DNA of 64,000 nt from an uncultured Solirubrobacterales bacterium. Lineage in GTDB: Bacteria > Actinomycetota > Thermoleophilia > Solirubrobacterales > 70-9. Under the pieces are notes generated by a model. That model saw only the letters and a list, made by a program, of their open reading frames with translations. It did not search any database and had not been told where the DNA came from. This document shows, piece by piece, positions 18,183-26,882 of the stretch (within the stretch, counting starts at the first letter, position 1; every line of letters begins with the position of its first letter). Both the position numbers and the translations under genes were made by a program. The stretch lies in contig OY969094.1 in assembly GCA_963697695.1 (NCBI GenBank), forward strand, positions 2,415,958 to 2,479,957, read 5' to 3'.

Positions 18183-18281
18183 CCCTGCGTCTCGAATAGA
18201 AACCTTAGTAAGACCCGAAACCTATTACTGATATCGGACGGCATGAATCCGACTCTGAGTGCCGGATTTATCTCGTAGCGG
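18183..18281 (+). repeat. AT-rich conserved element, copy D (long form)
   Basis: CCCTGCGTCTCGAATAGAAACCTTAGTAAGACCCGAAACCTATTACTGATATCGGACGGCATGAATCCGACTCTGAGTGCCGG..TCTCGTAGCGG. Confidence 0.8.
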
Positions 18282-18849
18282 TGTGGAGGGGGGAAGCGGG
18301 TGAGGCGAGGGTCAGAGAAGTCAGAGAAGGCGGTTCTCGACCTTTTCATCCCCTGGACATTCCCTCATCCGCACCGGCTGGTGAGCCGCCTGCCCGTCAG
18401 TCCAAGGCAGATACCACAGAACCCTGAACGGGTTCGCGACAAGGATCAATCGTTGGTCCGGTTTCAATTGTTTGGGCAATCGCTGTAGGTGGCCCTATGT
18501 GCAGAAGGCGCATCCAATCGTTGTTCGTCTGTGGGGCTTCCCCCATGTTGCGCGCTCTGGTGCTCCTTCGAAGGCTTCAATCTGTTCTCGAGCCTTTCAG
18601 GCTTGCTCCTTGTCAGGTGTGAGCGAGATGCCTGGCCATCAGCGCTCACCCGTTCGATCTGCTGCATAGCTGGGGGAGTAGCCGGTCCATAGATCCTTGA
18701 TGCTCGCGCTTCGGAAGTCGCTCCACATAGGTGCCCCGACCTAGGGACCGCGTGGGACAAAACGTCGAATCTAACGTGGTTAGCCAGGACCCCATGAACA
18801 GTCTTTGTCAAAACCCTACTTTTCATATTGCGCTACCCGCCTTCCAAGC

Positions 18850-18881
18850 ATTAATTTAATTATGCCGATTAATAGATACTC
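18850..18881 (+). promoter_or_regulatory. ATTAATTT-N16-AGATACTC motif upstream of the 2366-aa gene
   Basis: Same two words as at 9506-9522, in the AT-rich island immediately 5' of GAGGAGG and the ATG at 18899. Confidence 0.4.
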
Positions 18882-18898
18882 TGAAAGAGGAGGATCTA

Positions 18899-21800
18899 AT
18901 GGGAAGCGCACGCTGGATGGCCGCTGGGGAGGAGCGAATTCCTGCGAGGTCGCAAGTTACCGCCAGCCGCCGGATTGCCGTTGTAGCTCTGTTCTTTCTT
19001 GCTGTCTCGGCGGCATCCGTTGTTGCTGCCTCTGCAGCCAACGGACCCGAGGAATTGTTTTCGGCCCCAGAAGCGCCGAGCCCAAGCGGCGTCGAAGTCG
19101 CCGCAGTCGAAGACGAACGACAAGAACGTGCCGAGTGGCTCTCGAGCCCCGAAGCTCAAAAGCAGCGCGAAGCGTCCCGCGCCGCCTACACGACCCTCTC
19201 GGCAGGCGAAGCCCAGAGCTTGCTTGTCGAAGCCTTCCCCGAACAGCTCGCTCAACTGAACGCCGACCCAGCGCGCCTTCTCAGCGAACTCGAAATCGAA
19301 GAAATCCTCGGCACCTACGGCGCCCTAGCCTCGAACAGCAAGGGTGAAACCTCGATAGTCGAGTCATCTATCCAGATCGTGAGCGAGGTGGGCGGCGAAG
19401 GCAAGCAGCCTGTCGATCTCAGCTTGGAACGATCCGGTAATGACTTTGTTTCAGAGAACCCGCTCACCGAGGTCAAGCTTCCTGTCTCAACTGAAGAACT
19501 GATCCAACTCCAGAATGGGATTGAAGTCCAGCTGCCAGCCAACGACGCTCACGACGCCCAGACTCTCGGCACTAAGAATCTCTTCTATCCAGAAACCGCA
19601 ACGGCCACCGACACACTTCTCTCCCCGATAGCCGCCGGCGTCGAGGTCTTCGAGCAGCTGCGCTCACCTGAGAGTCCCGAGCAGTTTCGCTTCGCACTCC
19701 AGCTGCCAGCGGGTGCGACGCTGCGTCCGACCGACGTTGGCGGTGCTGAAGTCCTCTCTTCATCGGAAGCCGCGATTGGACAGGTGCCGTCTCCCTCCGC
19801 CGTGGACGCTCAGGGCACCCTGGTCCCGGTCACGATGAGCGTCGAGGGGGAATCGCTCGTCCTCGACGTCCCGCATCGCTCGCACGACTTCGCCTACCCG
19901 ATTCTCGTCGACCCGCAGTTCCTCGAAGAGGGGTATGTGGCCTTCAATTACTGGGCCCCGAGCTGGAACGCCGCATACAACCTCTCGAACAGTTCCAGCC
20001 TCTTGGCGAGTGCGCAGGGGAACGGTTATGTCTACGGCGCCAATACTTACGGACATTGGGTCTACACCGCCCCCGGCCAGACGACCTATATCGCGGCCGC
20101 CACCTACTTCTCTAACACCTTCACCCTCCCGGAAAACTGCGCTAAAGAACAACCCACCAACCAGCCTCACGGCTACGCCGGCCTCTTCAATCCTTCCTCA
20201 GGGGGCTACGTCGGTCTCGGTATCTGGTATGGGGGCAATCACTACATGGGCCAATACCAGACCGGCTGGGTCGGAGGTCCCGGTGTCCGCCAGGCGGTGG
20301 TGGGTATCGGCACCGGCCCGGCCTCAGTTCACCACAAATGCGCGTTCACATTCTCTGTGGGCGGCGTCACGATCCAAGAGAAGGATCCCGAGGCACCGAC
20401 TATCTATTCAGTCGTCGGCGCCTCTGGTAACTGGGTCAAAGACATCACCGTCACCGCCTATGTCAGCGATCCGGGACTTGGGGTCAAGGGGATAACGCTT
20501 AGCCCCGAAGGGAGTCTGCCTTACACCTACCCGGTTGGTAACTGCACCGGCACCTACACCAGCCGCTGTCCGGCCAGCGCGCAAGCCAGCTTCGGCGTCT
20601 CCTATTTTTTCGAAGGCGAAAGGAATGCCAGCCTCTCGGCCTATGACCCGCTCGGCCCTGACGAACCGGCACACGTCTCCTCCTCCTACAAATGGACGAC
20701 CAGGCTCGACCGCAGCAAGCCCGAAGTTGAGCTCGAAGGCGAATTCACCGAGGCGCTGGAGGAAGCCGAAGAAGAGGAAGAGGGAAAAGAAGCTCCAGAG
20801 CTCCATCTCCCGGTCTACAACCTGAAGATCGAAGCCACCGACAAAGCCGCTACGGGCAACCCCCTCTCAGAACCGAAAGCTAGGCGCTCGGGCGTCAAAA
20901 ACATCGCCGTATTTCTCGACGGCAAAGAACTGAAAGTGCCCTGGCTCCCACAGGGATGCTCCGGACCTACATTCAGCTGTCCGATGAAAGTGAACTACCC
21001 GGTTCCGATGGACGAAGTGAAAGGAGGCGGCGTTCACAAACTGAATGTGATTGCAACCGATCAAGTGGGCAACGCCCGAGAACGCCCCATCGAATTCGAA
21101 TACTTCCCTGCAACCGGGATCAAGGACGAATACGTGATGCACCACTTCCCGCTTCCCAACGGTGAAGGAGAATCAGAAGAAGAGCATCCAAACCGGCCCG
21201 AACTCGCGGTCAATGTCACGAACGGCAATCTCGTCTACCGCCAAAAGGATGTCGAAGTCACCGGTCCCGCCGTCGACCTCGAAGTTGAACGCTATTACAA
21301 CTCCCAGCTGCCCGACGACGACAACACTGAGTGGGGCGACGGCTGGACTCTTGCCCAGACCCCCAAGCTGGAACCCGAAGAAACCAAAGAAGGAGCCCCG
21401 CCCGTCAAGGCTTCGATGGTGCGCACCAGCGGCATTCTGGAGAGCGCTGTCGGACTGCCTACCAAAATCGGTGCCACGCAGTTCGACAAGAAGCTGCAGG
21501 CGGTGGTGACTAAGGAACCGGATGGTGGCTACGAGGTCGATGACCAAAGCGACGAAACGAGCACCTCGCTTGCCTTCGACAAAGTCGGCAAGGTAACCGA
21601 AATGCGCACGCCTGGCGCCGCCAAGATCGACTACTCCTACGAAGCAGGTGACCTCTCCGAAATCGCGGTCGAAGACCCCGCCAGCTCGCCGATGAGCCCT
21701 ACGGTGCTCGAAGAATTGCAGGAGGAACCAGCAGAATGGTCCCTGCAAACCACCCCCAATCCCGCACCACCCAAAACCAACGCCGAACTCAGCGACGTCG

Positions 21801-24800
21801 CCTGCTCCTCGGCTAGCGCCTGTCTCGCGGTCGGCTATGACAACGCCAACGGCCGCAGTCTCGGCGAGTTTTGGAACGGCAGCAAATGGGTCGCCGGGAC
21901 CTCCGTGTCGGGCCGCCGCCTGAAAGCGGTCTCCTGCGGGGCTCCCTCGGTGTGCTGGGTGCTCGCCACCAATTCCGACGGCAGTGCCGCCACCGAGTAC
22001 TGGGAAGGCCAGATCTGGGAAGGCGCCCCCAAACCGGCGGTTCCCAGCGGCGGCTCCTCAGTGACGCTGAACAGCATCTCCTGCACCGCCGCCATGACCT
22101 GCACTGCGGTCGGCTCCTACGTCAAAGAAGGCAAAACCCTGCCCCTGATCGAGCGCCTCAGCAGCTTCAACTGGTCGGTGCAAAACGCCGCAACCACCAG
22201 CTCGGCTTCGCTCAAGGACGTCTCCTGTGTCTCTGCCAGTGAATGCGTCGCGATCGGCTTCGGCGAAGGCAAACTGATCGCCGAACGCTGGAACGGCACG
22301 ACCTGGTCGGTGCTCTCGGCCCCACCCAACCCGGCAAGCAAATACGCGTCGTCCACGACGCTCACCGATCTCTCCTGCACCTCCTCGAGCGCCTGCATGG
22401 CGATCGGCTTCTACTACAAAGACGGAAAAGTAGTCGAAGAAGAAGTGCAACAAGAACGTTTCTGGTTCGCAGACAGATGGAACGGATCGAGCTGGTCGGC
22501 TGCCGGCCAGGGCACAGAAGCAGCAGAATCCCTCAACGACCTCGCCTGCACCACAGCCACCAACTGCACTGCAGTCGGCACCAAGGGCTCCAAAACCCTG
22601 GCGCTGAGCTGGAACGGAAGCAGTTGGAGCACCCAGTCCTCGCCCAACCCCGAAGGCAAGACCCCCATTCTGAGTGCGATCTCCTGCAGCGCGACGGCGG
22701 CCTGCACCAGCATCGGCAAGGCCACCGGGGGCGGGGAAACGGTGAGCTTGGCGGAGCGCTGGAACGGAACGTCCTGGTCCCTGCAAACCACCCCCAATCC
22801 CGCACCACCCAAAACCAACGCCGAACTCAGCGACGTCGCCTGCTCCTCGGCTAGCGCCTGTCTCGCGGTCGGCTATGACAACGCCAACGGCCGCAGTCTC
22901 GGCGAGTTTTGGAACGGCAGCAAATGGGTCGCCGGGACCTCCGTGTCGGGCCGCCGCCTGAAAGCGGTCTCCTGCGGGGCTCCCTCGGTGTGCTGGGTGC
23001 TCGCCACCAATTCCGACGGCAGTGCCGCCACCGAGTACTGGGAAGGCCAGATCTGGGAAGGCGCCCCCAAACCGGCGGTTCCCAGCGGCGGCTCCTCAGT
23101 GACGCTGAACAGCATCTCCTGCACCGCCGCCATGACCTGCACTGCGGTCGGCTCCTACGTCAAAGAAGGCAAAACCCTGCCCCTGATCGAGCGCCTCAGC
23201 AGCTTCAACTGGTCGGTGCAAAACGCCGCAACCACCAGCTCGGCTTCGCTCAAGGACGTCTCCTGTGTCTCTGCCAGTGAATGCGTCGCGATCGGCTTCG
23301 GCGAAGGCAAACTGATCGCCGAACGCTGGAACGGCACGACCTGGTCGGTGCTCTCGGCCCCACCCAACCCGGCAAGCAAATACGCGTCGTCCACGACGCT
23401 CACCGATCTCTCCTGCACCTCCTCGAGCGCCTGCATGGCGATCGGCTTCTACTACAAAGACGGAAAAGTAGTCGAAGAAGAAGTGCAACAAGAACGTTTC
23501 TGGTTCGCAGACAGATGGAACGGATCGAGCTGGTCGGCTGCCGGCCAGGGCACAGAAGCAGCAGAATCCCTCAACGACCTCGCCTGCACCACAGCCACCA
23601 ACTGCACTGCAGTCGGCACCAAGGGCTCCAAAACCCTGGCGCTGAGCTGGAACGGAAGCAGTTGGAGCACCCAGTCCTCGCCCAACCCCGAAGGCAAGAC
23701 CCCCATTCTGAGTGCGATCTCCTGCAGCGCGACGGCGGCCTGCACCAGCATCGGCAAGGCCACCGGGGGCGGGGAAACGGTGAGCTTGGCGGAGCGTACG
23801 ATCCTTCGCCCAGAACCCGCTCCAGAAGAAGATCCCAAGGTTGAAGTCAATACCTCCGCCGGGCTCGTCACCAGCGTCCAAGGCGAGGAGGCAGGTCCGA
23901 CCACCTACACCCATACAGCCGAACTGCTGACAGCGGTCAACGGTCCCAAAGGCAAAACCCAATACGTATATGACTCCGAGAAACGGCTGACCAAAGTCAC
24001 GCTGCCTAACGGTACCTGGGGCGAAGTTAAATACGACAGTTTCAGTCGAGTGGAAGCCGTGATCGTCTCAGTCGAAGGCGGAAAAGCCAAGACCGCCAAA
24101 TTCACCTACAAAGAGGAACCGAGGCGAACAACCGTCTCTCCTGAAGGAGAACGGACGACGGTTTACGACATCGCCCTCGACGGCTCGATACTCAAGTGGT
24201 GGAATACTAAAGTGCCACCCGAAATCCAGAACCTCTCGGGCACCCTTTACGCAAACAAGGAAACCGAGAAAGCGATAACCCCCGGCGACTACAGTCTCCT
24301 CGTCCAAGCCTACTCCGTCGAAGGGGTCGCTTTGATCGAAATCGTCGCCAACGGCGATCAGGTCGTCTCTGAAAAGACCTGCAAACAAACTGAAGGAACG
24401 AGCTGCAAAACCGTCGAAGACCCCTGGATTACTAACACTGGCAACTGGCCACCTGGAATTCTGCAGCTTGAAGTGATCATTACAGACACAACAGGCAACG
24501 TCGAATCCGTCAAATTCTGGGTCAACGTTCCCTACACGCCACCATCCAACCCTGAGGCCGACGAACCACCGATATTCGAAGACATCCTCCATTTCCGTGA
24601 AGAATTCGGTCTCGATCTCGATCTCAAAGGCAACGAGCTCGCGATCGTCGAACGGATCTCCAACTCAATCGGCGATTGGTACAATCCGCATACACCAGAG
24701 GGAGAAGTTGCGCGAGCGACCTATGAACGCTGGAGTGTGCCACTTCGTGCGATTGATGCGGCAGAGCTGGAATATCGCGACTGGTTCTACAACCACAACG

Positions 24801-25999
24801 CGCAGCGAATCAACCAATGGCTCGAAGAAACTCAGTCAAGTAGCTTTGCCGGGTACTACATCGACCATGCCGCCGGCGGAGTCATGCATATTGGCTTTCT
24901 CGGCAACCAAGCAGAACAACTGGCAAGCCTAGAGGCGTCACTGTCGCTGGCGGCAGGGGAGAGGCTGCAGGTCTATCCAGTGGGCCCGACCGTGTCGTAC
25001 CTTTCGGTTCGGGCAGCTTCGGAATCGGTCTCGAATGCGCTCGAATCGAATTCCACACTCAGCGGACTCGTCGTTGATGTGAAGTTCGACGAATCCGGGA
25101 GAGCCGTACGAGTCGGAACCCCTAGCGTGGCCCAGGTCGAAGGGATTCTGCACCAGATGTTCGGCTCCAATGCTCCGATAGTGGTCGAATACGAAACGGC
25201 CGATGGGAGTTTGCTGGGGGGCCGCTGGCGTAATGAAGGAAGGATGCGAGCCGGTGATGGGATTTTCACCAAACACTTTGACGCTGAAAATGTATATCAG
25301 GGCATCCATGAATGCACCGCAGCCTTTGGCGCTAAGGACAAGGCTGGCGAGTCCCACGGCCAGCCTCGCTGGCGACTATTCGTTCTCACCGCTGGCCATT
25401 GCAATCCGATAACATGGGAAAATTGGGTATATCGGACTTCTGATGGCGGTACGTCTGTATCCGACCAGACAGAGAGGCGAGAAAATGAAGATAACTGGCG
25501 AAAAATTGGAGAGGTAAGACGCTCAGCCTACCGTGTGCTTGATGAATCACCCACCACCGACGGAGAGGCGATCAGGGTCGAAAGCGCTGGAGTTGTGCCG
25601 CAGGGGATATTCGGCTCCGAGGGACGCCTATTGCCCACCGAGCCAGCGGCGACGGCAAGGGAGGGGGATCTCGTCTGCTTTTCCGGTGTCGCAACTAACG
25701 GCGTCTCTTGCGGCCCGATAATCGGACGCACATCATTTTGGGCGGGGGCGGGTGATGGAGTTGCACACGCTGGATACTGGGTCAGATTTAACCGTCACGC
25801 TATCCCCGGCGACAGCGGCGCACCCGTTTACAGTGCCTCGGATCGGCGGTCTATCGGATTGGTGTCGGCTGGCCGCCACAATCTCACTCAGACTCTCGTC
25901 CAGCCGCTGCGAACTCCGCCTGGAATGAACTCGGGCAGGGTCCCTGGGATCCTCGACAATCCGTACCTGCGACCTCTTAGTCTCAAGCTCGGCAATTGA
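18899..25999 (+). CDS. 2366-aa secreted multidomain protein: N-terminal anchor, Ig-like regions, YD/RHS-type repeats, Cys-rich 'WNG..W' repeats, and a C-terminal pro-S1 serine protease module
   Basis: Good RBS and signal/anchor (RRIAVVALFFLAVSAASVVAASA). YD-type repeats include VNVTNGNLVYRQKDVEV, GKTQYVYDSEKRLTKVTLPNG and KYDSFSRVEAV. There are about 12 repeats of the form L.D(V/L)(S/A)C.S...C.A(V/I)G...ERWNG..W. The C-terminus carries LTAGHC ... DGEAIRV ... IPGDSGAPVY. Confidence 0.8.
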   Translation: MGSARWMAAGEERIPARSQVTASRRIAVVALFFLAVSAASVVAASAANGPEELFSAPEAPSPSGVEVAAVEDERQERAEWLSSPEAQKQREASRAAYTTLSAGEAQSLLVEAFPEQLAQLNADPARLLSELEIEEILGTYGALASNSKGETSIVESSIQIVSEVGGEGKQPVDLSLERSGNDFVSENPLTEVKLPVSTEELIQLQNGIEVQLPANDAHDAQTLGTKNLFYPETATATDTLLSPIAAGVEVFEQLRSPESPEQFRFALQLPAGATLRPTDVGGAEVLSSSEAAIGQVPSPSAVDAQGTLVPVTMSVEGESLVLDVPHRSHDFAYPILVDPQFLEEGYVAFNYWAPSWNAAYNLSNSSSLLASAQGNGYVYGANTYGHWVYTAPGQTTYIAAATYFSNTFTLPENCAKEQPTNQPHGYAGLFNPSSGGYVGLGIWYGGNHYMGQYQTGWVGGPGVRQAVVGIGTGPASVHHKCAFTFSVGGVTIQEKDPEAPTIYSVVGASGNWVKDITVTAYVSDPGLGVKGITLSPEGSLPYTYPVGNCTGTYTSRCPASAQASFGVSYFFEGERNASLSAYDPLGPDEPAHVSSSYKWTTRLDRSKPEVELEGEFTEALEEAEEEEEGKEAPELHLPVYNLKIEATDKAATGNPLSEPKARRSGVKNIAVFLDGKELKVPWLPQGCSGPTFSCPMKVNYPVPMDEVKGGGVHKLNVIATDQVGNARERPIEFEYFPATGIKDEYVMHHFPLPNGEGESEEEHPNRPELAVNVTNGNLVYRQKDVEVTGPAVDLEVERYYNSQLPDDDNTEWGDGWTLAQTPKLEPEETKEGAPPVKASMVRTSGILESAVGLPTKIGATQFDKKLQAVVTKEPDGGYEVDDQSDETSTSLAFDKVGKVTEMRTPGAAKIDYSYEAGDLSEIAVEDPASSPMSPTVLEELQEEPAEWSLQTTPNPAPPKTNAELSDVACSSASACLAVGYDNANGRSLGEFWNGSKWVAGTSVSGRRLKAVSCGAPSVCWVLATNSDGSAATEYWEGQIWEGAPKPAVPSGGSSVTLNSISCTAAMTCTAVGSYVKEGKTLPLIERLSSFNWSVQNAATTSSASLKDVSCVSASECVAIGFGEGKLIAERWNGTTWSVLSAPPNPASKYASSTTLTDLSCTSSSACMAIGFYYKDGKVVEEEVQQERFWFADRWNGSSWSAAGQGTEAAESLNDLACTTATNCTAVGTKGSKTLALSWNGSSWSTQSSPNPEGKTPILSAISCSATAACTSIGKATGGGETVSLAERWNGTSWSLQTTPNPAPPKTNAELSDVACSSASACLAVGYDNANGRSLGEFWNGSKWVAGTSVSGRRLKAVSCGAPSVCWVLATNSDGSAATEYWEGQIWEGAPKPAVPSGGSSVTLNSISCTAAMTCTAVGSYVKEGKTLPLIERLSSFNWSVQNAATTSSASLKDVSCVSASECVAIGFGEGKLIAERWNGTTWSVLSAPPNPASKYASSTTLTDLSCTSSSACMAIGFYYKDGKVVEEEVQQERFWFADRWNGSSWSAAGQGTEAAESLNDLACTTATNCTAVGTKGSKTLALSWNGSSWSTQSSPNPEGKTPILSAISCSATAACTSIGKATGGGETVSLAERTILRPEPAPEEDPKVEVNTSAGLVTSVQGEEAGPTTYTHTAELLTAVNGPKGKTQYVYDSEKRLTKVTLPNGTWGEVKYDSFSRVEAVIVSVEGGKAKTAKFTYKEEPRRTTVSPEGERTTVYDIALDGSILKWWNTKVPPEIQNLSGTLYANKETEKAITPGDYSLLVQAYSVEGVALIEIVANGDQVVSEKTCKQTEGTSCKTVEDPWITNTGNWPPGILQLEVIITDTTGNVESVKFWVNVPYTPPSNPEADEPPIFEDILHFREEFGLDLDLKGNELAIVERISNSIGDWYNPHTPEGEVARATYERWSVPLRAIDAAELEYRDWFYNHNAQRINQWLEETQSSSFAGYYIDHAAGGVMHIGFLGNQAEQLASLEASLSLAAGERLQVYPVGPTVSYLSVRAASESVSNALESNSTLSGLVVDVKFDESGRAVRVGTPSVAQVEGILHQMFGSNAPIVVEYETADGSLLGGRWRNEGRMRAGDGIFTKHFDAENVYQGIHECTAAFGAKDKAGESHGQPRWRLFVLTAGHCNPITWENWVYRTSDGGTSVSDQTERRENEDNWRKIGEVRRSAYRVLDESPTTDGEAIRVESAGVVPQGIFGSEGRLLPTEPAATAREGDLVCFSGVATNGVSCGPIIGRTSFWAGAGDGVAHAGYWVRFNRHAIPGDSGAPVYSASDRRSIGLVSAGRHNLTQTLVQPLRTPPGMNSGRVPGILDNPYLRPLSLKLGN
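21737..23796 (+). repeat. in-frame tandem duplication with 1038-bp period (two copies identical over 1022 bp) inside the 2366-aa gene
   Basis: TGGTCCCTGCAAACC occurs at 21737 and 22775. Identity runs to ...GGCGGAGCG at 22758 and 23796. ORFs in several frames recur unchanged at +1038 (21835 and 22873, 21871 and 22909, 22117 and 23155). Confidence 0.9.
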
Positions 26000-26003
26000 G
26001 ATT

Positions 26004-26441
26004 ATGAATCGAATGCTTCGGCTCCATTCTCGCCCGCATGGGATGTGGGCAAGAGTCTGCCTAGCTATCCTGGTAGCGCTGCTTTCTACGGTCGCCTTTA
26101 CTGGCTGCGGCTCGTCTATGACCACGAGTCCAGCTGAGGCTAAGGCCATCTCAATTGCAGAACATAGATTCTTGGAGGAATGGAAAGATGCGAGTGTGGA
26201 TAGAACCGCCCGGTGTTCAAGGAAGGGCGAACCAGCAGGCACCAGGTGCTACCAGAAGACAGTTGCCCCCCTCGAGACGAAAGCCATAGCAAGATTCTCG
26301 GGGTCTATCAATGGATTTCTAGAAGGCGGCGTAGGTCCGAAATGTGCCGATGAGCTCGAGAAGACTTTGTCAACTATGAACTCTGTGCCCTTGTTTCCTG
26401 GGGGAATCGCCTCGATCTGCCGTTTTGAGAGTCGGGGGTAG
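26004..26441 (+). CDS. small lipoprotein (145 aa) immediately downstream of the 2366-aa protease-bearing gene
   Basis: Lipobox LSTVAFTG|C after a basic/hydrophobic leader. It starts 5 nt after the upstream stop codon. No recognisable domain. Confidence 0.55.
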   Translation: MNRMLRLHSRPHGMWARVCLAILVALLSTVAFTGCGSSMTTSPAEAKAISIAEHRFLEEWKDASVDRTARCSRKGEPAGTRCYQKTVAPLETKAIARFSGSINGFLEGGVGPKCADELEKTLSTMNSVPLFPGGIASICRFESRG

Positions 26442-26814
26442 AGGTCGATCGCGCTCGCGTGGTTCCCATCGTCCTCGGACCTTTAGCGCCTGCAGCGGCT
26501 AGCAGTGGCCGGTCGAGGCGATCATCGAGGCCGGGGTCGGCACCGTTCGCGAGATCGGTGCGCGTTCGGCCGCGGGCGGCACGATCGGAGCCGAGTTGAA
26601 TTTGGCCATCCTCCCCGCGCAGCGACAAAGCACATCGCTCGCCGAGGGAATTTCGATCCAGATGGGCTTCCACCCGAGGGCGCGAGCCACGCGATGCGTG
26701 GGCCCAATCAGGTGCTCTCCACTCGCGAGGCGCAGCTGTCGCTCACGGATCCAAAGTTCGAGGCAGCCGAACCCGACAAGACCCCGCCGCTGGCGGTCCA
26801 GAAGATCGGGTCGC

Positions 26815-26882
26815 AACAAGCCCTGTCCCTGCGGCAGCGGCAAAAGCACGAGAAGTGTTGTGGGCGGAAAGCATTCGCCTGA
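26815..26882 (+). pseudogene. decayed SEC-C metal-binding motif (gene remnant)
   Basis: One frame reads NKPCPCGSGKS... and the neighbouring frame continues ...KHEKCCGRKAFA*. Together they rebuild PCPCGSGKKHEKCCG only if a frameshift is assumed. The upstream sequence is not protein-like. Confidence 0.45.

Noticed and set aside
4482-18281. AT-rich four-copy element considered as integron attC sites, Tn3-family 38-bp inverted repeats, or IS66-type ends
   Set aside because: No intI or other recombinase gene is present, and I found no GTTRRRY/RYYYAAC pairing. The conserved part does not start with GGGG or end 38 nt later in TAAG, and no inverted partner was found. The question stays open as a finding rather than being assigned to a known class.
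18300-18830. Several 60-120-aa ORFs on both strands between repeat copy D and the 2366-aa gene
   Set aside because: They have poor GC3 bias, and stop codons break every frame into short pieces with no motifs. This looks like eroded or non-coding DNA.
14608-23796. Long perfect tandem repeats considered as a possible CRISPR array or non-coding satellite
   Set aside because: The repeat units are 648/1296 and 1038 bp, have no spacers, and are in frame inside long ORFs encoding recognisable domains. They are coding duplications.
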